Below, piece after piece: positions 12,401 through 24,584 of a stretch of DNA of 64,000 nt (position 1 is the first letter of the stretch; the number at the start of each line of letters is the position of its first letter). The stretch covers positions 96,906,001-96,970,000 of the forward strand of contig OX597818.1 of the NCBI GenBank assembly GCA_951406725.2. The letters are read 5' to 3'. The translations under genes and the position numbers were made by a program. Origin of the DNA: Octopus vulgaris (taxonomy: Eukaryota). Below the pieces are notes generated by a model, which was not told the DNA's origin, did not search any database, and was given only the letters and a program-made list of their open reading frames with translations.

Positions 12401-15400
12401 AATACTATCCACTCGTGGCTCGGTGGCCGTGATCCTCACTCTATGTCGTCGCTGGATTTTACAGCTTATGATCCAATCTTCTTCCTTCATCATAGTAATA
12501 TTGATAGGATATGGGCAATTTGGCAAGAATTACAACGTTACCGAAAGCTACCTTACAATGAAGCTAATTGCGCATTGCCTCTGCTTAATGTACCTATGCG
12601 ACCATTCAGTAACACTACTGCAAATCATGATCGGATTACACTCACTCATAGCACTCCAAATGATGTCTTTGACTATCAAAATGTTTTACACTACAAATAT
12701 GACACTTTGTCCTTCTTTGATCTCACTATTACCCAGTTGGAACATCTTATTGAAGAGAGAAAGGCTCATGACAGGATTTTTGCTGGATTCTTACTTCATG
12801 GTGTCAAAGCTTCGGCTGACGTACACATATACATTTGTGTACCTACTTCTAAGCATGAAGAAAACTGTGCTCACGAAGCTGGTGTCTTCTCTGTCTTGGG
12901 AGGAGAGTCCGAAATGCCATGGCAATTTGACCGTTCCTTCCGATATGAAATAACAGATCAGCTGAAGTTGTTAGGTCTCAACCAAAACAGCCATTTCCGT
13001 GTTAAAACTGAAGTCATAGCTGTCAATGGATCATCAATCCATGCTAACATTTTCCCAAATCCAACTATTATTTATGTTCCAAAACAAGGTAAGAGATATA
13101 TTTTTTTTCTATTTTTATTCCATTTCCATTTTTATTCCAATCTCAAGCACAGAATGCGACGGCCTATTGTTCTGATGGCATTTGCAGCTGTTTGAGTCAA
13201 CAGAAAATTCATTATTCATCCAATAACCTAGCATAGTTTTTTCTGAAGTGAAGAGCTTTTTCATGACTAAGATCATTACGAGCTAACGAGGCACTTCTCA
13301 GTTTTTTCCCCTGTGATCTCTACTTACAGTTATGTATTATATGGCAGTTAGGCAGTTATTACTTGTTCCATTTGTTTTATGAAAGTTTACGAGACTAAGT
13401 GACAAACAATAGCATACGGTCTCACTTTTCTATTTAAGGAGTAATCTGCATATGTTAATTCTAAATAATCTAATATATTAATTCTACATAATAAGTAACA
13501 ATAACTCTATTCCAATATCTTTTCAGGTCATTTAGCTGACTTCAAACATGAAGAAAGCAATGGAAATCTTGTACGAAAGAATGTTGAACGACTCTCTTTG
13601 TCTGAGATGAATTCATTGGTACATGCTCTCAAAAGAATGCAGAAAGACAAGTCATCTGACGGTTTTGAAGCAATCGCATCATTCCATGCTCTGCCTCCTC
13701 TTTGCCCAAATCCGACTGCCAAACATAGACACGCTTGTTGTCTTCATGGTATGGCTACGTTCCCTCACTGGCACAGGCTCTTCGTCGTTCAGTTTGAACA
13801 AGCTTTACATAGACATGGAGCTACAGTTGGTGTTCCTTATTGGGATTGGACCCGTCCTATTTCAGAGATTCCTGCTTTCATAGCCTCTGAGATGTATTCT
13901 GACCCTTTCACTAAGATAGAATCGCATAACCCATTTAATCATGGTCATATTTCTTTCATCAGTGAAGACACTATGACTAAACGTGAGGTCAGCGAATATT
14001 TGTACGAACATCCTGTATTGGGAAAACAGACATGGCTCTTTGATAACATCGCTTTAGCTTTGGAACAGACTGATTATTGTGATTTCGAAATACAATTAGA
14101 GATTGTTCACAATGCCATTCACTCTTGGATCGGTGGAAAAGAAGAACTTTCCTTGAACCATTTGCATTATGCAGCCTATGATCCATTATTTTTCCTACAT
14201 CATTCTAATGTCGATAGATTGTGGGTTATTTGGCAAGAACTGCAGAAGCTGAGAGGTCTCAGTGCCTATGAATCTCATTGTGCTCTTGAGCTTATGAAAG
14301 TCCCATTGAAACCGTTCTCCTTCGGAGCCCCTTACAATTTGAATGCACTCACCACTAAATTGTCCAAACCTGAAGACATGTTCAGATACAAAGACAACTT
14401 CCATTATGAATACGACATCCTAGATACTAACAGTATGTCTATTAATCAGATAGAGGCATATATCAGACACCAAAGAGAACACGATCGTGTTTTTGCTGGC
14501 TTTTTGTTGAGTGGATTTGGTTCATCAGCATATGCAACATTTGAGGTAAGTATAGAGACAAATCTTATTATTTATCGAAAGAATTCTAAAACAATATCAG
14601 GTTTCTAAAATTATTTGCCAAAACCTTATTTAAGAATTGCATTAATTTGGTTTTTTCATAAAATATAAAAGATTAAAGAAATTACTGAATACTGTAACAC
14701 TTCCTTTTCTCAATTTTATAATTAGATTCCACCCAATTTCGGAGATATAAAATTTAATATATAAATGAATATTGAAATAATTATTCCACATTTTTCTTAA
14801 ATGGATAATGTAATATAATTATTAGTACATCTTAGGTAAATTAATGACCTGTGTACATAAATATATAAAGAGTGTATATATTTCGTCTCTCTTTTGATGT
14901 ATTTTAGATCTGCGTTGAAGAAGGAGAATGTCACGAAGGAAGTCACTTTGCTGTGCTTGGAGGCAGTACAGAAATGCCATGGGCCTTTGACCGTCTCTAT
15001 AAGATAGAAATTACTGATGTTCTTGCTAATAATAATTTAGCTTTCGATTCACCTTTCACAATTAAGACGAAAATAGTTGCTCAAAATGGAACCGAATTGC
15101 CAGCAGGCATTCTTCCTGAAGCAACTGTAGTAAGGATCCCACCAGCCAGTAAGTGTCTTTGCTTCCTATAATATATAAATACAAATATTTATGCATAAAC
15201 AGGTCGACATTTCACACTAATTTTCTATTCTTTCAATTATCTTTTCAGAGAAAGACATTGATGTTGACATTCCACTAAATCATATCCGACGAAACGTTGA
15301 TTCTTTGGACGAAAGAGATATCCAGAATCTTATGGCAGCACTTACACGTGTTAAGGAAGACAAAAGTGACCATGGATTCCAGACTATCGCTGGTTATCAT

Positions 15401-18222
15401 GGTTCAACGATGTGTCCTAGTCCAGATGACCCAAAATATGCCTGTTGCCTACATGGAATGCCAGTCTTCCCACATTGGCATCGTGTTTATTTGTTACATT
15501 TTGAAGATTCTATGCGCCGACATGGCTCCAGTGTTGCCACTCCTTATTGGGACTGGACAGATAAGCTTACGAAACTGCCCAGACTTTTAGGAGATCCTGA
15601 CTACTATGATGCTTGGACTGATAACGTAATCGAGAATCCTTTCCTTAGAGGCTACATTGAACATGAAGACACCTACACAGTCAGAGACATAAGACCGGAA
15701 CTATTTGAAATCAGTGGAGGAGAGGGATCTACACTTTACAGACAAGTACTTCTCATGCTTGAACAAGAAGACTATTGCGACTTCGAAGTGCAATTTGAAG
15801 TTGTTCATAACTCTATTCACTATCTTGTTGGTGGTCACCAGAAATATGCCATGTCCAGTTTGGTTTATAGTTCCTTTGATCCTCTCTTCTACATTCATCA
15901 TTCAATGGTAAATAGCAAATAATTCATATATTTACCTTCATTTCTAATAATATTGTCTTTCTTTCCATAGTTTTCAAAATTATAATATTATGAAGTAAAA
16001 TTAAATCTTCTTTCATTATGCTACAATCTGCAAAGATCAACATCTTCTAAGAGTCGCTCGTATATTACAGTCAGTTGGAACGAATATATTTTATACATAG
16101 CTTGCTTGATTCACTTTGTTATTTCATCACATATTTTGGTGACGTTTTAAGTGATTTTCATCATGTAAAGATCATTGTATCATTGTTCCGCCATAGAAGG
16201 ACGTTTTTCCTATCTTTTCTTTCTCATTAAATTCAGGTTGATCGTCTCTGGGCTATTTGGCAAGCTCTCCAGGAACACAGAAAATTACCTTATGATAAAG
16301 CTTACTGTGCCCTAGAGCAACTGTCATTCCCGATGAAGCCGTTTTCTTGGGAAACCAACCCGAATCTACATACACGAGCTGCAGCAACACCACAGCATCT
16401 ATTTAACTACCATAAACTTGGTTATAAATATGATAATCTTGACTTCCATGGAATGGATATTGATCAGTTGGAGAAGACTATTCATAAACGCCAGAGCACA
16501 GACAGAGTTTTTGCTTCATTCTTACTTTTTGGCATCAAAACTTCAGCTGATGTCCATTTGAAACTCTGCAAAGACACAACTTGTGAAGACGCTGGTGTGG
16601 TCTTTGTACTTGGTGGCGACAATGAAATGCCATGGCATTTTGATAGAACATACAAGATGGATATTACTCATGTTATCCATAAAATGCATATTCCTCTGGA
16701 AGACCTGTACGTTCAAGGAAGCACTATTCACCTTGAAGTTGTAATTGAAACAGTTGATGGAAAAGTATTAGATTCCAGTTCTTTACCTGCTCCTACAATG
16801 ATATATGTCCCAGCTAAAGGTTCGATTAATATTACATTCTCTTTTTAACCTTTTCTGTTATTTTAACCTTACATCAAATATTAGGTTATTTATTTCATTT
16901 AACTGTTGTAATTATTACTGCCTATGTCTATCCATATATTCTTATTTTGTAATAAATCGTTTTAGCTCTCTTGTTTAAAACAGATATTCATTTTTTATTC
17001 TTCAACAGATTTCGAAGAAGAGGAACGGAAGCAAGTCGTGAAAGGTACCCTAATGAGAAAGAATGTCAATAGTTTGACTCCATCTGACATCAAAGACCTA
17101 AGAGACGCCTTAGCTAAAGTACAAGCTGACTCTTCTGACAATGGTTACCAGAAAATTGCTTCTTATCACGGAATGCCTCTCAGTTGTCATTATCCCAACG
17201 GCACAGCTTACGCATGTTGTCAACATGGAATGGTAACTTTCCCTCACTGGCATAGATTGTTAGTTAAACAAATGGAAGACGCTTTAATTGCTCATGGTTC
17301 TCACACTGGTATTCCCTACTGGGACTGGACAACTACTTTCGCTCATTTACCTGTACTGGTCACTGAGGAGAAAAATAACCCCTTCCACCATGCTCATATC
17401 GATGTTGCTAATAAAGATACAACCAGAGCACCGAGAGCTCAACTTTTTGATGATCCAGAAAAAGGAGATAAATCATTCTTCTACCGCCAGATAGCACTTG
17501 CTCTGGAACAAACAGATTTCTGTGATTTTGAAGTCCAATTCGAAATCGGCCATAATGCTATCCATTCTTGGGTTGGAGGTAGTACTCCATATGGTATGTC
17601 AACCCTTCACTATACTTCCTATGATCCTCTCTTCTACCTTCATCACTCCAATACTGACCGTATTTGGGCTGTATGGCAAGCATTACAGAAGTATCGAGGA
17701 TTGCCTTACAATTCTGCCAACTGTGAAATCAACAAACTTGCTAAGCCACTGAAGCCGTTCAACTTGGATAGCAATCATAACGCTGTTACAAAGGCTCATT
17801 CAACTGGCAATAAAGCTTTCGATTACCATGAACTTGGTTATGATTATGACAATCTTAATTTCCATGGTATGACCATTCCTGAATTGGAAGAACACCTTAA
17901 AGAAATACAACATGAAGACAGAGTATTTGCTGGTTTCTTACTTCGTACCATTGGTCAATCTGCTGATGTCAATTTCGACATCTGCACCAAAAATGGCGAA
18001 TGTACATTTGGAGGTACGTTCTGTATTCTCGGTGGAGAACATGAGATGTTCTGGGCATTTGACCGTCTTTTTAAATATGATATCACCTCAAGTCTGAATA
18101 AACTACGTTTACATGCTCATGATGATTTCGAAATAAAGGTTACTATTAAAGCTATCGATGGTCATACCTTACCAAATAAGTACCTCACTCCTCCCACGAT
18201 TTTCTTTATTCCGGCTAAATAA
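3367..18222 (+). CDS. Hc: Molluscan (octopus-type) hemocyanin, 7 functional units a-g; join(3367..3405,4901..4928,6212..7444,8191..8653,9434..10215,10425..11666,11841..13088,13527..14545,14908..15148,15249..15907,16237..16819,17009..18222), 2916 aa
   Basis: Seven tyrosinase-like units, each with CuA (H..C-C-x-H-G-M..F-P-x-W-H-R), PYWDW and CuB (H-N-x-I-H..F-x-L-H-H-S) motifs. All 11 introns are GT-AG, phases join without a frameshift, and the exon sum of 8751 nt is divisible by 3 and ends in TAA. Closely resembles the Enteroctopus dofleini hemocyanin as recalled. Confidence 0.97.
3486..4760 (+). mobile_element. Cluster of nested and tandem SINE family A copies in hemocyanin intron 1
   Basis: At least six repeats of the GCGAGCTGGCAGAATCGTTAGC head and/or the CCTTTCATCCTTTCGGGGTCGAT core, all on the same strand. 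Confidence 0.8.
4901..4928 (+). CDS. Hc: Hemocyanin exon 2, 28-nt micro-exon (FWLCGHIAE-G)
   Basis: Polypyrimidine tract and TTTTAG acceptor, GTATT donor; bridges phase 0 to phase 1 and gives an A-E-G|NLIRK signal cleavage site. Confidence 0.82.
6212..7444 (+). CDS. Hc: Hemocyanin exon 3, FU-a
   Basis: Begins GNLIRKSVETL; motifs YHGEP, CCLHGM, WHRL, AHNPIH, LHHSN; acceptor TTTCAG, donor GTAAGT. Confidence 0.96.
8191..8653 (+). CDS. Hc: Hemocyanin exon 4, FU-b N-terminal half (CuA)
   Basis: FHGLP, CCVHGM, FPHWHR, PYWDW; TATAG acceptor; phase-2 donor at 8654. Confidence 0.95.
9434..10215 (+). CDS. Hc: Hemocyanin exon 5, FU-b C-terminal half (CuB)
   Basis: The join restores VDAR-LFEKP; THNAIH, LHHSQ; GTAAGT donor. 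Confidence 0.95.
10425..11666 (+). CDS. Hc: Hemocyanin exon 6, FU-c
   Basis: KESDVVFDELYRSRRDV linker; FHGST, CCHHGM, AHNHIH, LHHSN; canonical splice sites. Confidence 0.96.
11841..13088 (+). CDS. Hc: Hemocyanin exon 7, FU-d
   Basis: FHGLP, CCIHGM, LHNTIH, LHHSN; TACAG acceptor, GTAAGA donor. Confidence 0.96.
13527..14545 (+). CDS. Hc: Hemocyanin exon 8, FU-e main part
   Basis: FHALP, CCLHGM, VHNAIH, LHHSN; phase-0 GTAAGT donor after ATFE. Confidence 0.96.
14908..15148 (+). CDS. Hc: Hemocyanin exon 9, FU-e beta-sandwich end
   Basis: ICVEEGECHEGSHFAVLGGSTEMPWAFDR; TTTTAG acceptor, GTAAGT donor. Confidence 0.95.
15249..15907 (+). CDS. Hc: Hemocyanin exon 10, FU-f N-terminal part
   Basis: YHGST, CCLHGM, VHNSIH, IHHSM; phase-0 donor GTAAAT. 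Confidence 0.95.
16237..16819 (+). CDS. Hc: Hemocyanin exon 11, FU-f C-terminal part
   Basis: Continues HHSM-VDRLWAIWQ; LGGDNEMPW; phase-1 donor at 16820. Confidence 0.95.
17009..18222 (+). CDS. Hc: Hemocyanin exon 12, FU-g and stop codon
   Basis: YHGMP, CCQHGM, GHNAIH, LHHSN; ends PAK-TAA. Confidence 0.96.
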
Positions 18223-18325
18223 TATTATTAAGTGATGTAATCATTCATATGATTTAGTAAATCTGTACATTTTTTCTCATTGATAATGAAGAATTTCTTT
18301 TTAGTTACTTTGTACATTTTCAATC

Positions 18326-18331
18326 AATAAA
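18326..18331 (+). terminator. Hemocyanin polyadenylation signal
   Basis: AATAAA about 100 nt after the stop, followed by a T/GT-rich downstream element near 18353-18385. Confidence 0.75.
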
Positions 18332-19100
18332 TGATATATCCAGCGAAGAGCATTTTGTCATCTTTCTTTTTGTCTTTTGTATTATTATATTCTTGGACAT
18401 TTCTTGCTTTTGTTAACGGCATGTTTTTAACGCAGCGTTAATAGAGACATTGTATTACATATATATTTTTTTTTTCATGGAATCACGATATAATTACTTT
18501 GTTTAAACGATTCAAGGAATCAAAGCTCGAGAAGGAGCTTTGACTCATAAGCCGATGTTTCAGATTCTATAGTGTAATTCTGGACGAAATGCCGGTCCGT
18601 CGCAGGATTACTCATTTTTCCCATCAGAGTGTGCTGGAACAACGTGAAATGAAATGTTTTGCTCAAGAACTCGAGGCATCACCCAGTCCAGCCAAAGAAA
18701 CCACAATCTCGCAATCATGAATGCCATACCCTAACCACTGCATCTTTACCTTTAAATGACTACCGCGTGTCTTTAATTTTCCATTCTGTGTGTAGTGCAC
18801 AAGTTAAAGCATTTTAGTTTGGAGTTTGTAATGAAAGAGGAATTCAAAAAGATACTCGGCATTACGCGTGGACAGGAGATAAAATATTCTGTATTTGGCT
18901 AATTAGTTAAATTTGAAATCATGGTAATTCTGCAAAAATATACTATTTCAAACATAGCGTTTATATATCTTCCATAGGGAGTTATTTTACGCTAAAAAAA
19001 GTCTTACGAAATAAATTAACCGTTGTTACAAATAGTTGTTTATAATTTTGGCCTTGTGCCTAAATTAGGAAAATACACTAAGATATTCCCGTTGTGACAA

Positions 19101-19793
19101 TCTTACTATAATGGGCATCATGTCCATCTGTCTGTCCGTCTGTCTGTTCCCCCTTCACGGTCAAGCGGCTGGACCAATGGTCACGATGTTTTTCTGGATT
19201 ACGAAGTGGGTAATCAGGAAGGCTTTTAGCGAAAAAAATGTGAAAAAATTATGACTATTTAGTGAATATTGAGCTTTGTATTAATAAATCACCTTAGATT
19301 TTTTTGTTAAAATTCCGGCGACGAGGATTGACTCTGGATTCCCCGCCTCTGGTATAGTTCGTAAATTTAGAGGGTTTAGATTTGTGATACTATCCCCTTA
19401 TTTCCCATCGTAAATGGGCAGATTTGCGATCTTACTATAATGGGCGTTATGTCCCTCTGTTTGTCCGTCTTTTTGTCTGTTCCCTCTTCACGGCCAGACG
19501 GCCGGACCAATGGTTACGATATTTTTCGGGATTACAAAGACGGTCGTCAGGAAAGTTTTTAGCATTAAAAAATCTGAAAATATGATTATTTCGTGGATAT
19601 AGATTTTTGAATTGATAGAACAGTGAGAAGTAAGTCTTAGTTTGATTTTTTGCAACCCTAAAGATTCCGCTCGCGCTTTCACAGCAAACAAGGCACAGGG
19701 CCATACTTTAGATCGTATATGTGTATTTTTACCCACTTCGATATTTACACACGGCCAGTTATACGTTGCTATGAGTAGAGCAACGGACTCCAG
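19101..19793 (+). mobile_element. Non-autonomous Helitron-like element with a duplicated 5' segment
   Basis: A|TCTTACTATAATGGGC heads at 19101 and 19430, each followed by GTCTGTC-type repeats; 3' hairpin CGTTGCT..AGCAACG (19764-19785) then CCAG|T. Confidence 0.6.
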
Positions 19794-19849
19794 TAATTTA
19801 AAAATTAAATCCTAACCCTAAATTCCTTCCAAAAGGTATCTGCTGACAT

Positions 19850-21985
19850 GGAGAGATGGGAACGAACTGCCGGTATCCAACAAGATAAGACAAAACCAAA
19901 CCCAGAGGGACTTGCATTTCCTCACAGACCTGCAGTGAAGACCACTGAAAGTCTGAATGCAGAAGCATTGCCAGCTGCAACCATAAAACAGAAGCCTTTA
20001 AGTGTAGAAAAGAACATAGAGCAGTAGCTGGCATGGTTGCAAACAAAACTAAGCCATGCACACCCTCACATACAAGACTGCCTCAAATAATAGACCCAGA
20101 ATGGTCACCTTTGCTGCAAAGCCGGCAATCACACCAATTCTTCTGATAAGTACCGAGGCCTCTTACAAAACAACAGTAAGCGCAAAATTGCATACCTGAG
20201 ACATCTTTCTGAATGCAGTCAAGCAATATGCATTGCACTTACGGAGACATCTGTCTGTAGATACAAATGATGCAGAAATACACATACTGGTGTATGTTGT
20301 ATTCCGTGCAGACAGAAGAAAAGTTACGATGGAGTTGCACTGTACATCAGTAAAAATGTCACACCACTAACCCTGTTGTCACATTCAAACTCGGTCTGTG
20401 ACGCACTCGTACAGCATTTAAAACAACTTGATATGGTAATATGCACGTTATGTATCTTATCCGATACCTCAAAATCACGATGGCAAATTTGAGGAAAACT
20501 TTTTTAATGTACTTCTGATGGGTAACTTCAACTTCCCAAACATCAGTTGGTCAGAAGACAGCATAATTTTTGGTACGACACACAAAGAGTGCAGTCAAAC
20601 AGAATCTCTGTTTGATCTTCATTGCACGAAAATGCTGTTCATGGAGCAAACCATACTCTCTCCAGCCAGAAACAATAACATATTACACCTCAGCGTTACC
20701 AACACTATGAAACTTATTCACAATATCACTGACAATGTTTTCAGACCACACGATGCAACTGACGATGTATGGTCAAAAACTAATTACTGATGTATTCCAC
20801 GCAGATGGCACCCAAACCTTATCCAGTCACAACTTCTACAAGGCTGATTAGAAGTCAATTGAAAATAGACACTCTAGTAAAATTGGCTCAAAAGTCTCTT
20901 TATACATGACATTGATATGAAACTTAAAGAATTCATACCAATAGTGCAAGCTATATGCATTAAATTTGTCCCAGAGAAGAGAACGACTACATACAAAAAT
21001 ATCATTCATCGAGACAGGAGAGTCCTTATGAAACCGAGAATAAAGATTTCCAATCGCTTAAATAAACAACAGCAAAAAATCGCTCCTCAAAGAGGTACTT
21101 TTAGAAATCGAATATGAACTCACACTATGTCATGAAAAGGAAGGGGTACAAAGAGAAACCAGGGTGGTGAAAACTATAAAAATTAATCCTAAAGTTGTCT
21201 GCCACTTTGCGAAAGAATTTGCCTAGGCGAACTACAAGGTAGGGCACTGTTTGAAGAAGATGGCTCACTAACTGCAGACTTTAAGATAGGTGAAGAACTA
21301 AATAAGCAATTCCAAAGCGCAAATTATTAAAATAAGATATGATATGCCTTGTGCATAAAAGAAGAGACAGAGCAGATGCTAAAAATTACAGGTCTATCTC
21401 TCTGACTTCAACTGATAGCAAGCTCATGGAACGTATTGTCAGAAGGATGATCACATTCTTGAAAGAAAATAATTTGCTCACAAACACATATGTCCGTTCG
21501 GGGAGGAACTGCCTCACACAACTACTACAGCATTATGACTGGATACTGAAACAGTAGCCCAACCACTTTTGCAATGTGCTCTCTCTAGGGACACATTAAT
21601 TTGCAGTTGACTTCCGCAAGGAATTGTATCGAAACCACTACTGTTTGTGGTGGTTCTCTCAAACATGCTCTCAGCCACAGTCAGCTACTCTCACCAGCTA
21701 TGTTGATGATACAAAAGTGTCATAGACGGTCAAGGACCTGATGACATCATACTAAAACTGCAAAACGACTCGTATGCAATATACATATTACCAAAGCGGT
21801 AACATTGGGCAGGTGAGTTACTGATTGATTCTGAGATCATTCAGAATAAGAAAAAAAAATGATACCATATTACCCCTATAGAGAATTTTCTTTCTCAGTC
21901 GTCTGGATTACTGCTCCCAACTGTAGTCACTGCAGAGCATCAAACTGGTGGCGGAACTTGAGGCAATCCAACGCCACAACGCAAA
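19850..21985 (+). pseudogene. Decayed CR1/L2-group LINE (APE endonuclease plus RT relic)
   Basis: Fragments IALTET, GVALYI, MGNFNFPNISW, NYRSISLTS..KLMERIV, RSGRNCLTQLL, YVDD, with many stops and deletions. Confidence 0.75.
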
Positions 21986-21987
21986 CA

Positions 21988-22026
<39 letters not shown>

Positions 22027-22084
22027 CATTATTACTACTATTATTATTATTATTATTATTATTATCATCATCATCATCATCATT

Positions 22085-22721
22085 CAGTAGTCATATTTTT
22101 ATCACGTGTTTTCACTGTAATACCAAGCGCAGCTCTGTGTGCCTTGCGTATATGCTGTGGTTTGTTGTGATGCTCTTATTATTACTGTATTGAAAGTATT
22201 TTACGTAGGCTGTGTGCGGTGCCTAGTAGTGCTATTTTCTGTATGTTATATATATTTGTTAGTCCTGGTGTTAGGGTTAGGGTTGTCTGAATATTTGTTT
22301 ATGATACCTAATGCGCCTATTGTGATAGGAATTGTTTCTGTTTTTAGACTCCAATTTCGAGTTACCTCTATTTCTAGGTCTTTGTATTTTGAAAGTTTCT
22401 TCATTTCTTTTAGAGAAACGTTATCATCTGTTGGTATCGATACATCGATTAGAAAGCAATTTTTTTATCTTGATGATCTCCGAAAACTATATCTGGCCTA
22501 TTGTCCTTAATTTCTCTATCTGTGTGTAATGGCATATCTCATAGTATGGTTGCTTTCTCATTTTCTGTGACGTTTTCTGGCGTGTGCTTATACCATATTT
22601 TTTCTGTTGTTATTCCGGTGTTGGCATAGCTTCCAGTGTCTGTCAATATATTCCTTCTTAGCCAAGACTGGGCAGCCAGAAACAATATGGTTTATTGTTT
22701 CTTGTCCATCTCCACATATTC
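22085..22721 (-). mobile_element. R4/Dong-clade non-LTR retrotransposon 3' fragment (zinc knuckle plus restriction-like endonuclease)
   Basis: Minus translation ICGDGQETINHIVSGCPVLA..NRPDIV..FLIDVSIPTDDNVSLKE..KLSKYKDLEIEV..IPITIGALG; ends in a (TGA)n(TAA)n tract at 21990-22084. Confidence 0.8.
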
Positions 22722-24141
22722 AAAAAAAGTTCAAAAAAGGAAACAGTGCTACAGAAGCAACCCAAAAAACCCATTCTGTTTATGGGGAAGAGTACTTGGG
22801 CGACAGAAGTTGTACAAGATGGTTTGCAAAATTCAGAAATGATGATTTCAGCCTAGGAGAAAGACCACGAATAGGACATCCTGTTGAATTTGATGATGAG
22901 CTTCTTTTGTCAGAGTTTGGGAAGAATAATTCTGTATCAGTTGAAGAATTGGCAACCACGCTTCATTCAAGCCATTCAACTGTTCACCACCATCTTCAAC
23001 AGCTTGGAAAGGTGTCCAGACTTGGAAAATGGGTTCCCCATGATTTGAGTGGACATGTGCTCATCTCATCATTCTCGTGAACATATCTCACTTTTGGACA
23101 GATTAGTGACTGGTGATGAAAACTGATTTTTTAATGAAAACGTAAAGCAATGCAGACAATGGCTTTGTTGTGTAGAACAGGCTAAACCAGAACCTAAAAT
23201 GGACTGCCATACAAAAGAGTTCTTTCTGTTTAGTGGGATTGTGTTGGAGTCATCCACTTTGAGCTGCTCCCAATGCAACAACTTCTGCTCACACCTATTA
23301 CCAACAATTAGTGTGTTTGGATGCTGCTTTGAAGGAAAAAAAGACCTGCTTTGACGAATCATAAGGGAGTGGTATTTCATCATGATAATGAAAGGCCCCA
23401 CACTGCAAGTTTACATCAGACAAAAATAAAAGAACTTGGCTGGGAAAAAATCCCTCACCCGCCTTATTCCCCGGATTTCTCTCCTTCTGATTACCATTTG
23501 TTTCAAAGCTTACAGAATCATTTAAATGGATTAATACTCAAAAGTCCCAAAAACTAATCTCTCTTCCTTTTCATCAAAGCCAAGAGTTTTTCACCAATGA
23601 AATTAAAAAACTGATGAGTAGGCGTAGGAGTGGCTGAGGTAAGTAGCTTGCTTACCAACCACATGGTTCTGGGTTCAGTCCTACTGCGTGGCACCTTGGG
23701 CAAGTGTCTTCTACTATAGCATCAGGCAGACCAAAGCCTTGTGAATGGATTTGGTAGACGGAAACTGAAAGAAGCCCATCGTATATATTTATATTTATGT
23801 GTGTGTGTGTCTGTGTTTGTCCCCCCAATATCGCTTGACAACCGATGCTGGTGTGTTTACATCCCCGTAACTTAGCAGTTCAGCAAAAGAGGCCAATAAA
23901 ATAAGTACTAGGCTTACAAAGAATAAGTCCTGGGGTCGATTTGCTCGACTAAAAGGTGGTGCTCCAGCATGGCCACAGTCAAATGGCTGAAACAAGTAAA
24001 AGAGTAAAAGAGAGTAAGTAGATGGAAGTCATTGATAATAATGGGAATTATATACAGGATTAAACTTTAATAAAATGTAAAATTAGATCACGTCTTTTCC
24101 TTTTCACAAAATTTGAACATTACTTATAGGATAACCTAATA
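22722..24141 (+). pseudogene. Mariner (DD34D) transposase relic, 5'-truncated and interrupted by a SINE
   Basis: HTH region RWFAKF, WVPHDL, VTGDE, HDNERPH, YSPDFSPSDYHLF; frameshifts and stops; TIR-like end ..CTTATAGGATAACCTAA-TA. Confidence 0.85.
23621..24016 (+). mobile_element. tRNA-derived SINE family B inserted in the mariner
   Basis: GGCGTAGGAGTGGCTG head, GGTTCAGTCC B-box-like, ACCTTGGGCAAGT, internal (TA)/(TG) tract, GTAAAAGA tail; flanked by an AGTAG duplication. Confidence 0.85.
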
Positions 24142-24399
24142 TATATTCACACATACAAATGTTTTGCTCTCTCAACAGAAGGTGATTGATTCCCAAACCC
24201 TTCTATCTTTCATTTTCAAACATTGCCAGACCCATATCCAGCAACTTCCCAGTTTAAAGTTTATTTTGATAACAGTCTAAGTTTTTGTCTTTACTTTCGG
24301 GGTGGGGGGCACTAAAATTTAATACATGAATGAATTATGAAACAGAAACATTAAGTGATACACAAGATATTAACTTGGACAAACGTTATTTAGTTACCA

Positions 24400-24584
24400 T
24401 CATATTATATCTGTGCATACAATCTCAACAAATGAAACTTGTGATTTATTGTGATTCACAGCTGAAACAATTTCTCTTTCTGTACCAATGCTCTTAAGAA
24501 AGGTATTAATGTCAATACCTTCATTCTCAACTCCCGACAACTGTAAAGTTTTATTCCCATGTATATTCACTGTGCAGTTAAAAT
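24400..24584 (-). CDS. Candidate terminal coding exon of an unknown minus-strand gene
   Basis: T-rich tract and TTAG acceptor; only one frame is open (phase 1, DFNCTVNIHG..CTDII*); unique sequence; minus-strand AATAAA at 24260-24265. Confidence 0.35.

Noticed and set aside
6260-18097. Short alternative-frame and antisense ORFs overlapping hemocyanin exons
   Set aside because: Expected shadows of a coding sequence, with no motifs or splice support.
18223-21985. An eighth functional unit or an adjacent hemocyanin paralogue
   Set aside because: A stop and polyadenylation signal follow FU-g, and no copper-site motifs occur later in the window.
22607-23080. The 157-aa ORF as a domesticated SETMAR-like fusion
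   Set aside because: The N-terminal part is antisense R4/Dong sequence and the downstream catalytic region is frameshifted with stops.
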